Below are positions 8,370-17,568 of a stretch of 64,000 bases of DNA, piece by piece. Origin of the DNA: Bacteroidales bacterium (GTDB taxonomy: Bacteria; Bacteroidota; Bacteroidia; Bacteroidales; UBA1715); NCBI GenBank assembly GCA_031286165.1, contig JAITUU010000005.1:20669-84668 (forward strand), read 5' to 3'. How positions within the stretch are numbered: position 1 is the stretch's first letter; each line of letters opens with the position of its first letter. The position numbers and the translations under genes are program-made. The notes beneath the pieces were generated by a model that worked only from the letters and a program-made list of their open reading frames with translations, was not told the DNA's origin and ran no database searches.

Positions 8370-9756
8370 ATAAGCTTCCCTGCCGGAGTTGCTCCACAAA
8401 ATTATCTATGCGCACCATTTCGCTCGGAATATCAATATTCTGCGGACAGTGCGGCACACATTTTCCACAGGTAATACAGTGCGTAGCCTGACGAAGCCGC
8501 TCCACAGCACGGTCGTAACCCACCAAAAATGCTCTCCGTGCACGGCGATAATCCTCATCTTGACTTGAATTGGGCACATTGCCGGCATTCACCGCACGAT
8601 TGTAAAACGAAAATACTCCCGGAATATCAATACCAAACGGACAAGGCATACAGTATTGACACGTAGTGCAAGGCACTGTGGGATATTTAAGCATAATCTG
8701 TGCCGTTTCTTCCAAAAGCGCAAGTTCTTCATCAGTGAGCGGCACAAGTGGCGAAAATGTTGCCAAGTTATCCATCAAATGTTCGGCATAGGTCATGCCG
8801 CTGAGTACCGTGAGCACATTACTCGGCTGACCGGCAAAACGAAACGCCCACGATGCCACACTCGCTTCGGGTTCGCGCCGTTTCAATTGCTCCGTCAAAT
8901 ATTCATTGAGCGAAGCCAAACGCCCGCCCAAAAGCGGCTCCATCACCATGGCGGGAATACCGCGTTTGAGTAATTCGTCATTCAAATATTCCGCATTCAC
9001 ATTGCGACCGCTTGCATGGCGATAATCTACATAATTTAATTGAATGAGGGCAAAATCCCACACAAATTCACCGCTATCGTAGAGCGAAAGCATATAATCG
9101 AAAAATTCTTTTTCGCCGTGAAACGACCACCCAAGACTACGAATGCGTCCGGCGGCTTTTTCCTGTTTCAAAAAATCGAGAATACCGTTGTTGATATAGC
9201 GATTTTGAAACGCTCGCGAATCACCAATGGAGTGCAACAAATAATAATCTATATAATCCACCTGCAAATTGCGCAAGGAATTATAATACATTTCCTTAGA
9301 ACGTTCAAAGCCCTGAATGGAAGGGTCGAAGTTCGAGAGTTTTGTAGAAATATAGTAGGAATTTCGAGGATGACGGCTCAGTGCAATACCGGTGGCAGTT
9401 TCTGACCACCCCTGCACATACACCGGCGAAGTATCGAAAAAATTCACGCCGTGTTCTATGGCAGTATCCACAAGTTTGTTTACAATATCTTGGTCTATTT
9501 CCTCGCCGCCGGTGCGATTGCGGCGCAAAGCCCAGCGCATACAGCCATAGCCCAAGAGTGAAATTCTATCGCCGTTTTTAGGATTAATGCGGTAGGTCAT
9601 ATCGCCGGTAATATTACCCGAAAGTCGCGCAATGGTACGTTTTGCAGCACTATCGCCACAGGCATTGAGTGCGCCAACGGCAAGCGTGGCACCACCCAGC
9701 ACTTTCAAAAAGTCGCGGCGATTCAAGTATGTGTTCTGTGTGTTTTCATGTGTCAT
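8368..9756 (-). CDS. aldo/keto reductase with C-terminal 4Fe-4S domain and twin-arginine signal
   Basis: The N-terminus NRRDFLKVLGGATLAVGA is Tat-like. The core is AKR. The C-terminus has CTTCQYCMPCP and CITCGKCVPHCP cysteine clusters. Confidence 0.8.
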   Translation of the reverse strand: MTHENTQNTYLNRRDFLKVLGGATLAVGALNACGDSAAKRTIARLSGNITGDMTYRINPKNGDRISLLGYGCMRWALRRNRTGGEEIDQDIVNKLVDTAIEHGVNFFDTSPVYVQGWSETATGIALSRHPRNSYYISTKLSNFDPSIQGFERSKEMYYNSLRNLQVDYIDYYLLHSIGDSRAFQNRYINNGILDFLKQEKAAGRIRSLGWSFHGEKEFFDYMLSLYDSGEFVWDFALIQLNYVDYRHASGRNVNAEYLNDELLKRGIPAMVMEPLLGGRLASLNEYLTEQLKRREPEASVASWAFRFAGQPSNVLTVLSGMTYAEHLMDNLATFSPLVPLTDEELALLEETAQIMLKYPTVPCTTCQYCMPCPFGIDIPGVFSFYNRAVNAGNVPNSSQDEDYRRARRAFLVGYDRAVERLRQATHCITCGKCVPHCPQNIDIPSEMVRIDNFVEQLRQGSL

Positions 9757-9933
9757 AATTACAAAAATAGCAATAATTATTAATGGTTAATTATTAATTA
9801 TAAATTATTTTCATTAGGGGGTTAGTTATTAGTGGTTAGAAATAAAAACCTTCCACAAACAAAGTTCGCAGGAGTTTTTCTTTCATTAACATATTGGCAT
9901 ATTGCCGCATTAGCACAGTAGCATATTGTTATG

Positions 9934-11571
9934 TTACAACTCCAAATCAATTTCCTCACCGCGAGCCATGTTGGGCACAGGGCAGCGAGCAAGGCGGCTC
10001 AGCGTGGGGGCAATGTTTGCTACGCTTTGCGCTTTGGTAATTGTTGTTGGTTTTATTTTCCAGCCGTAACACAAAAGCGGCACATGGGTATCGTAATTGT
10101 AGCCCGACAAATGGTGCGCCACCACATCGGTAGATTGCTCATTCCAGTGCGGTTTGAGTTGAAACAAAATATCGCCCGAACGCGGCGCGTAAAAAGCATT
10201 GCTCATTTTACTGCTCAGTTGCACACCGCTGTAATTCGATTTTGCCAAATCGGAAGCCGTAAGCACCGTGTGCACGCCCGAAAGTTGTCCTATAAAATTC
10301 GCCGCCGACCGCTGAATATCCGAAATTGATGCCGTGCGGCGTTCCATAGCCTTCGCATTCAGGTAAATTTGCTGATTGGCGTAATGTTCCACCCATTCGT
10401 CTTCGCCATAGCGCGTATCTAAGTATTTATCAAGTAAATACATATTTTCTACGTATTTGAAAATTCCGCCGTCTTTGTGCGCGAGCAGCGTAAATTTACT
10501 CGGTTCTGCCATGCCGTGATTCGACGTGAGCACAAGCACAAAATTTTCCTTTCCCACGTGTTGCTCCAAATACCCTATAAGCGACATCAATTCGTAATCC
10601 AAACGAATGTAGGTATCCTCTATTTCCTTCGATAAATTCCCGAATTTATAGGCAACTTCCTGCGCAGCGGTGTAGGTTATGTGCAAATAATCGGTTTCTG
10701 CGCGTTTACCAAGTTGCTCTTTTTCAATCAGTTCCATAGCCAATTCTTTGGTGTAGGTATTTCCGTAGGGAATGTGTTTCAAAATTCGGAACGGTTTGTG
10801 CGTATCGCCCATGTAGGTAATATTGTAGGGAAAGGTACGCTGTGTATTCATACCAATTTCGTATTCGCTATCGTCTGCCCAACTTTCTTTGTAGGTATCT
10901 ATGGAAAAAAGCGGTGTCCACTCACGATTAATGTGCTGAAAACCTGTTTTTTTTGCATTGAAAGCCCCCAACCACGAAGGCAGCGTTTCGGCGTAGTAGG
11001 AAGAAGTAATCCAATTACCGGTAAATTCGTCTAAAAAAAACACACCTGTAGCCTTTTTTCCTGCTGCAAGCACTGCTGCGTAAGGTTGCAAGGCTATGCT
11101 GAATACCTTCGATTTCCCTTTCGATGATTTATATAATTCTTCGCCGAAAGTAGATGCCATAAGGTATTGCGGCGACACTTGCACCGATTTTTTATTGGGG
11201 CAACCCACCGAATTTTGACTGTAATCGTTCACGCAATTCACCTTCGATTTATACAAGCGACTATACCACCAATTATTCACAATTCCGTGTTCCGAAGCGG
11301 TGGTGCCGGTGGCAATATTTGCCGTGCCGGTGGCATTGTGCAAAAAAGCCGCATTGTGATGCGCATTGGTACACTGCGCCCCTTGTGTCATCAATTTTTT
11401 AAATCCTCCGCGACACATTTGCGGTTCAAATTGCTGTAAATAATCGTAGCGCATTCCCTCTATCACCACCGTAACTATCAATTTTGGTTTGTCGGGAAAT
11501 TGCTGCGCCTGCGCAAAATTACCCCGCACCGCCACACACAACAAAAGAAAAAATACTGTTCTGATTTTCAT
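9934..11571 (-). CDS. alkaline phosphatase / nucleotide pyrophosphatase family protein, secreted
   Basis: MKIRTVFFLLLCVAV signal; VVIEGMRYDYL...TGT...LTSNHGM motifs. I set the start at ATG 11571 because the track start 11601 lies upstream of the -7 box. Confidence 0.75.
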   Translation of the reverse strand: MKIRTVFFLLLCVAVRGNFAQAQQFPDKPKLIVTVVIEGMRYDYLQQFEPQMCRGGFKKLMTQGAQCTNAHHNAAFLHNATGTANIATGTTASEHGIVNNWWYSRLYKSKVNCVNDYSQNSVGCPNKKSVQVSPQYLMASTFGEELYKSSKGKSKVFSIALQPYAAVLAAGKKATGVFFLDEFTGNWITSSYYAETLPSWLGAFNAKKTGFQHINREWTPLFSIDTYKESWADDSEYEIGMNTQRTFPYNITYMGDTHKPFRILKHIPYGNTYTKELAMELIEKEQLGKRAETDYLHITYTAAQEVAYKFGNLSKEIEDTYIRLDYELMSLIGYLEQHVGKENFVLVLTSNHGMAEPSKFTLLAHKDGGIFKYVENMYLLDKYLDTRYGEDEWVEHYANQQIYLNAKAMERRTASISDIQRSAANFIGQLSGVHTVLTASDLAKSNYSGVQLSSKMSNAFYAPRSGDILFQLKPHWNEQSTDVVAHHLSGYNYDTHVPLLCYGWKIKPTTITKAQSVANIAPTLSRLARCPVPNMARGEEIDLEL

Positions 11572-11588
11572 ATCATTATTTACAACGG

Positions 11589-11596
11589 CAAAAATA
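11589..11596 (-). promoter_or_regulatory. -7 box TAnnTTTG
   Basis: The minus strand reads tatttttg, 17 nt upstream of ATG 11571. Confidence 0.55.
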
Positions 11597-11687
11597 CACA
11601 ATTTCTTCTATTAGCGCACAAAAAAACACCATTCCCTCCTGCGAGAGAACGGTGTTTTGTGAACTATAAATACTTCTACATTATAAT

Positions 11688-12191
11688 TTACTGCACCTGT
11701 ACAAGATGTTCCTTCCACGAATCGGGAATTTCGTCAAGATTCATAATGTGCAATTCGCCGGCACGAGTCTGTGCAGTAGTAGGCACCAGCGTTACGTTCA
11801 CAAAATCTTGGTCAATAGTCCACATGGAACCGGTGAGAGGGTCCACTATCAAAATGCCGAACAAAGTCCATGGTGAAATAATGTTTACAAAATACCAACC
11901 CGAAATGCGCGATGAAATGGGTATAATTTGGTCTTGAAAACCGGGTGCCGAAAAACGAAGCGTGTAATCGGCTTTTTGAAAATAACCTATGCCGGCATCT
12001 AATCGCACAGTGGTAGGCGTATTGCCCACAAATACTTCGCGACCCGTTTGGTTGGTTATACTCACTCGCGCTCCCTGCGGATTGCTATTGATAGTAACCG
12101 GATACGAATTGTTGGAAAACATGGTAGCACAACTCGAAAACGAGAAAATACTTGCCACAATTACGGCTGCTGTAATACATTTTTGTTTCAT
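11688..12191 (-). CDS. hypothetical lipoprotein
   Basis: MKQKCITAAVIVASIFSFSSCATMF; signal peptide with lipobox. No family recognised. Confidence 0.55.
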   Translation of the reverse strand: MKQKCITAAVIVASIFSFSSCATMFSNNSYPVTINSNPQGARVSITNQTGREVFVGNTPTTVRLDAGIGYFQKADYTLRFSAPGFQDQIIPISSRISGWYFVNIISPWTLFGILIVDPLTGSMWTIDQDFVNVTLVPTTAQTRAGELHIMNLDEIPDSWKEHLVQVQ

Positions 12192-12342
12192 TGTTTTATC
12201 CCTCTGTTCGTGTCGGGCGCAACTTTTAAATTTTTTTCTATGATAACGGCAAAAATTTATGCAACTATCGTGCCAGAAAATCAATTACGAGATATGAGTA
12301 GTGAGTATTGTGAACTGTAAACAGAATATTTATAAAGAAATT

Positions 12343-12370
12343 TGCAATTTGCAATTTACAATTTGTAATT
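12343..12370 (+). repeat. tandem heptamer GCAATTT-like x4
   Basis: gcaattt gcaattt acaattt gtaatta, in the divergent intergenic region. Confidence 0.85.
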
Positions 12371-12376
12371 AAAATG

Positions 12377-12384
12377 TATTTTTG
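12377..12384 (+). promoter_or_regulatory. -7 box TAnnTTTG
   Basis: tatttttg, 18 nt upstream of ATG 12403. Confidence 0.55.
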
Positions 12385-12402
12385 TAAAAAAACTCAGCAC
12401 GA

Positions 12403-13332
12403 ATGAACAAAACCACGCGCCTGCTCGATTACGAACAAATTACTCGTTTGCTCGAAGATTTTGATGAGAAATATGTATTTGAAAAAGTAAATCTTATTCC
12501 CAAAGAATACGATTTGCGCCAAAAACTCACGCAATACGTTGATATAGAAAACATTCACCGCAAGGCAGTATTGGGTATCGACATTTACAAATACAGTTCC
12601 TACGAAAAATTTGAACAAACGCTGGTGCCCTTTATGTTCAAACTGCTTTTTTTGGAAACCATAGATATGTGTTTCAAAAATCACGCATTTTTGTTTCAAA
12701 AATACACAAAAAGCGAAATTGAAGAGAATTTTATATCAACCGGTGATGGTGGTTTTGTGATTTTCGACATTCCGCTCCATGCCCTGCTTTTTGCCTGCAA
12801 TTTTGCCATAGTGCTGCGTGCGTATAATTCATTTCACTTTTTTCCGAAACTGCGTAAAATAGTGGGTGGCGCGAGTTTGCGCTATGCCATTACCTACGAC
12901 ACGCTCTACTATTTCGAGAAAAGTCATTACGGTTCGGCTATTATTAATAATGCGCGGATTCTCACCAAAGACACGCTCAATCGCTGCATAATCGACCAAA
13001 ATGTGTATGATTGGTTCACACTCAATATTGACGGCATGGAAAATTTGCAACTCATTACCATTGAGGATATTGCAAATATTTACGACATTCAGGGAAGTTA
13101 CGATTTCAGTATTTTGGAAGAAAATCCCGATGCAATTTTCGGCAAACAAAGCAACCGCGAATTTGGCGTTATCAATTCCGATGTGCTTAAAATCGGGGAA
13201 ATTCGCTCAAAAGAATCGGAACTGATAGTGTATAATGTGCACATTCAGGTGGCAAGCCGCTGGCAACGCGCCGAAAGCCAGCGCATGATAACCGTGAGTT
13301 TGGGCAATTTGAATACTTCGCACTTAATTTAA
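12403..13332 (+). CDS. hypothetical protein with class III nucleotidyl-cyclase/GGDEF-like palm motifs
   Basis: AVLGIDIYKYSS (first metal Asp strand), ISTGDGGFVIF (second Asp), LRYAITYD...YGSAIINNARIL (Asn/Arg segment). This order and spacing resemble PF00211-type cyclases. The C-terminal ~110 aa is unassigned. The gene is visibly AT-rich. Confidence 0.45.
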   Translation: MNKTTRLLDYEQITRLLEDFDEKYVFEKVNLIPKEYDLRQKLTQYVDIENIHRKAVLGIDIYKYSSYEKFEQTLVPFMFKLLFLETIDMCFKNHAFLFQKYTKSEIEENFISTGDGGFVIFDIPLHALLFACNFAIVLRAYNSFHFFPKLRKIVGGASLRYAITYDTLYYFEKSHYGSAIINNARILTKDTLNRCIIDQNVYDWFTLNIDGMENLQLITIEDIANIYDIQGSYDFSILEENPDAIFGKQSNREFGVINSDVLKIGEIRSKESELIVYNVHIQVASRWQRAESQRMITVSLGNLNTSHLI

Positions 13333-15483
13333 TTACAAACTGCGTTCGGCTGTGTGCACACCTTTAATGGAACGAATTTTATCGAGAATTTTTGTGAGAT
13401 GTTCGCTGTCATTGATAGAAAGTTCCAAATAACCCTCAAACTGCCCATCGCGTGAATTGATAGAAATTGCACGAATAGCAATATCTTTTTCGCGCCCCAA
13501 AAGTTGGGTTATGTTGTTAATAATTCCCAAATCATCGTTACCAATTATACGAATGGCTGCCGAAAAAGCACCGCTATTTGCACCGGCAGTCCACTGTGTT
13601 TTTATAATTCGATAGGGATATTTCCCCAGCATATTCAGTGCATTCGGGCAATTCAACCGGTGAATTTTAATACCTCCGCCGGCGGTAACAAAGCCAAAAA
13701 TTTCATCACCTTTTATAGGGTTGCAGCAAGGTGCAAATTTGTAATCCACATTGTTCACATTATTGTCTATCACCAGTAAATCGTTACTTTCTATATCAAG
13801 TTTTTTGTGAACCACCTGCGTAAATTCCTCCGGATTTATGGCATTCGCTTTTTTCTCGTTTTCGGGTTGCGGCGCAGTTAAAAACAGTTCTTTGAGGCAA
13901 GAAAAATCAATTTTATTTTGCAAGGCATTCAAATACAAATCGTTGGTGTTTTTAAAACCCAAGTGTTTGAGGAGTTTTGTAACCAAATCATCGCTGAATT
14001 TGAGTTTAAGTTGAGCAAATTTTCGCAACACAATTTCCTTGCCTTGCTCCACGTGTTTGAGTTCGGCAGCAACTAAAAATCGTTTGATATGCGTGCGTGC
14101 TTTGCTTGTTTTCACAAACGTGAGCCAATCGCGCTTAGGCGTTTGTGTTTTCGAGGTTATAATTTCTACTTTATCGCCATTTTCGAGTGTGTGTTTTATA
14201 GGCACCACTTTTCCATTGATTTTTCCGCCCACGCAGGTATCGCCCACCGTACCGTGAATGTCGTAAGCAAAATCGAGAACGGTGGAATGTGCTTTGAGCT
14301 TGCGCAAATCGTTATTGGGCGTAAAAATAAAAATTTCATCGGTGTAGAGTTGCATACGCGAGTTCGATTCTTCGTCCATAGTTTCAGGGTCGGGATTTTC
14401 GAGAATCGAGCGAATTTTGGCGAGCCAATCCACCGAACCTACGGCATTGGCACCTTCTTTGTATTTCCAATGCGCCGCATGACCTTTTTCGGCAATTTCG
14501 TCCATTCTGCGCGTGCGGATTTGCACTTCTACCCAGCGATTTTCGGGACCAAGAACCGTAGTGTGCAACGATTCGTAGCCGGTATTTTTCGGCGAAGAAA
14601 TCCAGTCGCGCAGGCGGTTCGGGTTGGGGCGATACAAATTGGCAACAATGGAGTAAGCGTCCCAGCAGAGGCGTTTTTCCTGCTCCACATCGCAGTCTAT
14701 AATCACCCGAATGGCAAAAAGGTCGTAAATATGTTCAAAGGTTACTTTACTTTTTTGTATTTTTTTCCAAATCGAATGAATAGATTTTGGTCGCCCTTTG
14801 ATTTCGCACTGAATGCCGGCTTCTTTGAGTGCAATCTTTATCGGGTCTATAAATTCCTTGATATAGGCATCGCGCATTGATTTTTTTTCGGCGAGTTTTT
14901 GGGCTATCATTTTGTAAGCATCGCTGTGCACATATTTCATGCCCATTTCTTCCATTTCGGTTTTTATGGCATACAAGCCCAAACGGTGTGCCAGCGGTGC
15001 GTAGAGCGTAGAAATTTCTTCGCACAAGCGAATTTGCGCATTGTGGTCAAGCATTTTTATGCTGCGTAATTCATATAATTTTTGCGCCAAAAGCAAAAGT
15101 AATATACGAATGTCGTCTGCCTGACTAAGGAGGAGTTTTATGAAATTTTCGGAATGAAATTTCGATTTCGAGGTGTCGATAGTGCGCACTCGCGCAAGTC
15201 CTTCGAGAATAGTGCGCACCGATTCGCCGTAGTTTTCGCTCAGTTGCTTTGGGGTAATTTTTTTATGTTGAAAGGCATAAAAAAGCAACAAACTACATAA
15301 TGCCTTATCGCCTATGCCAATGGCAGTTACGGCAATATTGGCGATTTCGAGCGTGCGGTGCATTTCTTCGGCAGAATTGTACAACTGCGCCTCAGAATAC
15401 GCTTTTTCAATCCGTTGAATGTCGGTTTGTTTTATAAACGGTTGTGCCGCTGCAAGTATTTTCTCGAACGATATGGTTTCCAT
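13333..15483 (-). CDS. relA: RelA/SpoT-family (p)ppGpp synthetase; hydrolase HD motif looks degenerate
   Basis: YESLHTTV...VEVQIRTRRMDEIAEKGHAAHWKYKEG is the synthetase motif. TGS and C-terminal ACT-like regions are present. I found no HD..ED motif in the N-terminal domain. I set the start at ATG 15483 because the track GTG (15507) lies in the -7 box. Confidence 0.88.
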   Translation of the reverse strand: METISFEKILAAAQPFIKQTDIQRIEKAYSEAQLYNSAEEMHRTLEIANIAVTAIGIGDKALCSLLLFYAFQHKKITPKQLSENYGESVRTILEGLARVRTIDTSKSKFHSENFIKLLLSQADDIRILLLLLAQKLYELRSIKMLDHNAQIRLCEEISTLYAPLAHRLGLYAIKTEMEEMGMKYVHSDAYKMIAQKLAEKKSMRDAYIKEFIDPIKIALKEAGIQCEIKGRPKSIHSIWKKIQKSKVTFEHIYDLFAIRVIIDCDVEQEKRLCWDAYSIVANLYRPNPNRLRDWISSPKNTGYESLHTTVLGPENRWVEVQIRTRRMDEIAEKGHAAHWKYKEGANAVGSVDWLAKIRSILENPDPETMDEESNSRMQLYTDEIFIFTPNNDLRKLKAHSTVLDFAYDIHGTVGDTCVGGKINGKVVPIKHTLENGDKVEIITSKTQTPKRDWLTFVKTSKARTHIKRFLVAAELKHVEQGKEIVLRKFAQLKLKFSDDLVTKLLKHLGFKNTNDLYLNALQNKIDFSCLKELFLTAPQPENEKKANAINPEEFTQVVHKKLDIESNDLLVIDNNVNNVDYKFAPCCNPIKGDEIFGFVTAGGGIKIHRLNCPNALNMLGKYPYRIIKTQWTAGANSGAFSAAIRIIGNDDLGIINNITQLLGREKDIAIRAISINSRDGQFEGYLELSINDSEHLTKILDKIRSIKGVHTAERSL

Positions 15484-15506
15484 CTGTTTTCTATTTTTGT
15501 ATATCA

Positions 15507-15514
15507 CAAAAGTA
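15507..15514 (-). promoter_or_regulatory. -7 box TAnnTTTG
   Basis: The minus strand reads tacttttg, 23 nt upstream of ATG 15483. Confidence 0.55.
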
Positions 15515-15551
15515 AAAAAAGATTTGAATTACGGCATGCGAAGTGATTTTT

Positions 15552-17438
15552 TTAAATTTCCTCCAATTTATTCCACCACGTGAATTTTAATGTAAGTGCT
15601 CCGGCAGCAATAATGGCAAGGGTTGCACATACTCCTGCAAAATTTCGCACAACCACAAAAATAGGCAATACTACGAGTGATGTTTGTGTAACTATCCCCA
15701 CTGCCACATTTGCCATATCCTTCCAGAAACGAGTATTTTTGCGAAAATCGGGTTGCTCGACTTTCACTTTTTCATATATCGGTTGCCACAATCCCCATGG
15801 GCGCACTTCGCGGTAAAATTTCATGAGTGTGGCATCATCGGTAGGCGCAGTAGCGTAAGTGCCTACTATGCAGCCAATGAGCGAAACCACCAGCGTGAGC
15901 GGAAATAAATACAGTGAAATCAATCCTTGCGGAACAAAAGGCAAGGCATGCGTAACCGTTTCGGGCGAAAATAATTGCACATAGCCCACAAACAGCCCCG
16001 AAATGATGCCGGTGAGCATTCCCCAAAAATAGCCCGCGCCATTGAATCGCCACCAATACCATTTTAAAATATTCGATGCCATGTAACTTGCGTAAAACGC
16101 GCTGGTTACTATCACCAAAATTTCATTGATATTTTTGAGAGCAAGCCCGAACAAAGTACTGAAAATTACAACCGAAATACCCACAGTGTAATTGCAGCGT
16201 TGCACTTGCTTTTCCGAAGCACGAGGATTGATGTATTTCAAATAAATATCATTGGAAATATACGCCTGCGCCGCATTGAGCGTGCCGGCAAAGGTAGAAA
16301 CAAAGGCTGCCAAAAGCCCCACGAGCAGTAACCCAAGTAAACCAGCAGGCACAAATTGCGCCATTGCCGAAGGCAGAATTTGCTCAAAATCTATATTGCC
16401 ATCTACCAACAAATTCAAATCGGAATAAAACGCAATACCCAAAATTGCAAAGCCGGTAATCATAAAATAGCGCACAGGATTCAAAATCACCGACACCGAG
16501 CCACTCATTTTTAGGGCTTCGGAGGGACTTTTGGTGGCAAGAATTTTCTGCATATCGTAGGTTGGCGCAGGTCCGGCTAAACTACTCAGCACGCCTTTGG
16601 TAAACATAAATCCGAAAAACAGCGAAAACAAACTATATCCATCTTCTTTGATTTTCATATTCACTTCGGCAATTTTTCCACTCCAATCAATATCGAGAAA
16701 ATGGCTAAAAAACGGACTGTTCCACCCTTCGGGAGTGAGTTGCGCCAGCAATTCGGGGCTTACCTTATTCATGGCAATAATTCCTATGAGAATAGACGAT
16801 ACTGTCATAATGGCATATTGCACCACATCTGCCCACACAATACTCACCATACCACCCAAAATAGCATAAAACGTAGCCAAAAGTGTAAAAAAGATACCAT
16901 ATACATGAGGAATATATTCGGCAGGAATGGCATTGACAGAAACTCCGAGAGCCGCACTCACTACATTCCAAGGAAGAAAAAGCATGAGGAATTTACCCAA
17001 TCCCACAAATCCGTAAGCAAGCATGGAAAGACCTATGAGCAGCGCAAAAACCACCACCACTGCGTGCGAAATTTTACTGCCTCTACCCCTTCCAAATCGC
17101 GTTTGAATCCATTCGGCACCGGTGGTAACGTTGGAACGGCGTAGCCACGCCGAAAGAAACATCATCAAAAATATTTGATTGAACGTAGGCCACAGCCACG
17201 GAATCCATATACTTTTCAGCCCATACACAAAAGAAAGCGTAACCAACCACATAGTGCCCGAAATATCGAACATTCCCGAAGCATCGCTCAAACCAAGCAT
17301 ATACCACGGCAGTTTATTGCCGCCCAGTAAATATTCCGATTTGCTTTGCTGCGCTCGGCGTTTAAAATAAATTCCTATAAAAACAATAATGGCAACATAA
17401 ATAGCAATCACCACAAAATCTAACCCTTGTAAAATCAT
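15552..17438 (-). CDS. sodium:solute symporter family transporter
   Basis: 628 aa and polytopic (about 13-14 hydrophobic helices); N-terminus EYLLGGNKLPWYMLGLSDASGMFD is typical of the SSS family. Confidence 0.8.
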   Translation of the reverse strand: MILQGLDFVVIAIYVAIIVFIGIYFKRRAQQSKSEYLLGGNKLPWYMLGLSDASGMFDISGTMWLVTLSFVYGLKSIWIPWLWPTFNQIFLMMFLSAWLRRSNVTTGAEWIQTRFGRGRGSKISHAVVVVFALLIGLSMLAYGFVGLGKFLMLFLPWNVVSAALGVSVNAIPAEYIPHVYGIFFTLLATFYAILGGMVSIVWADVVQYAIMTVSSILIGIIAMNKVSPELLAQLTPEGWNSPFFSHFLDIDWSGKIAEVNMKIKEDGYSLFSLFFGFMFTKGVLSSLAGPAPTYDMQKILATKSPSEALKMSGSVSVILNPVRYFMITGFAILGIAFYSDLNLLVDGNIDFEQILPSAMAQFVPAGLLGLLLVGLLAAFVSTFAGTLNAAQAYISNDIYLKYINPRASEKQVQRCNYTVGISVVIFSTLFGLALKNINEILVIVTSAFYASYMASNILKWYWWRFNGAGYFWGMLTGIISGLFVGYVQLFSPETVTHALPFVPQGLISLYLFPLTLVVSLIGCIVGTYATAPTDDATLMKFYREVRPWGLWQPIYEKVKVEQPDFRKNTRFWKDMANVAVGIVTQTSLVVLPIFVVVRNFAGVCATLAIIAAGALTLKFTWWNKLEEI

Positions 17439-17483
17439 ATTTTTAAAAATTTCGTTTCAGTATGAATTTTTTCAATAAAGGAA

Positions 17484-17491
17484 CAAAAGTA
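17484..17491 (-). promoter_or_regulatory. -7 box TAnnTTTG
   Basis: The minus strand reads tacttttg, 45 nt upstream of ATG 17438. Confidence 0.5.
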
Positions 17492-17532
17492 CAATTTTTA
17501 ATTGGAAATAAAAGGGGTGGCGCACAATTTCG

Positions 17533-17540
17533 TATCTTTG
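17533..17540 (+). promoter_or_regulatory. -7 box TAnnTTTG
   Basis: tatctttg, 28 nt upstream of ATG 17569. Confidence 0.55.
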
Positions 17541-17568
17541 CAGGCAAAACATTTTGACAAAAAAACTC

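Noticed and set aside
12403-13332. Calling the cyclase-like gene a Pycsar or CBASS defence system.
   Set aside because: There is no adjacent effector gene (TM, TIR, nuclease). The neighbours are a lipoprotein gene and relA. The motif match is also imperfect. It is reported only as an orphan cyclase-like gene.
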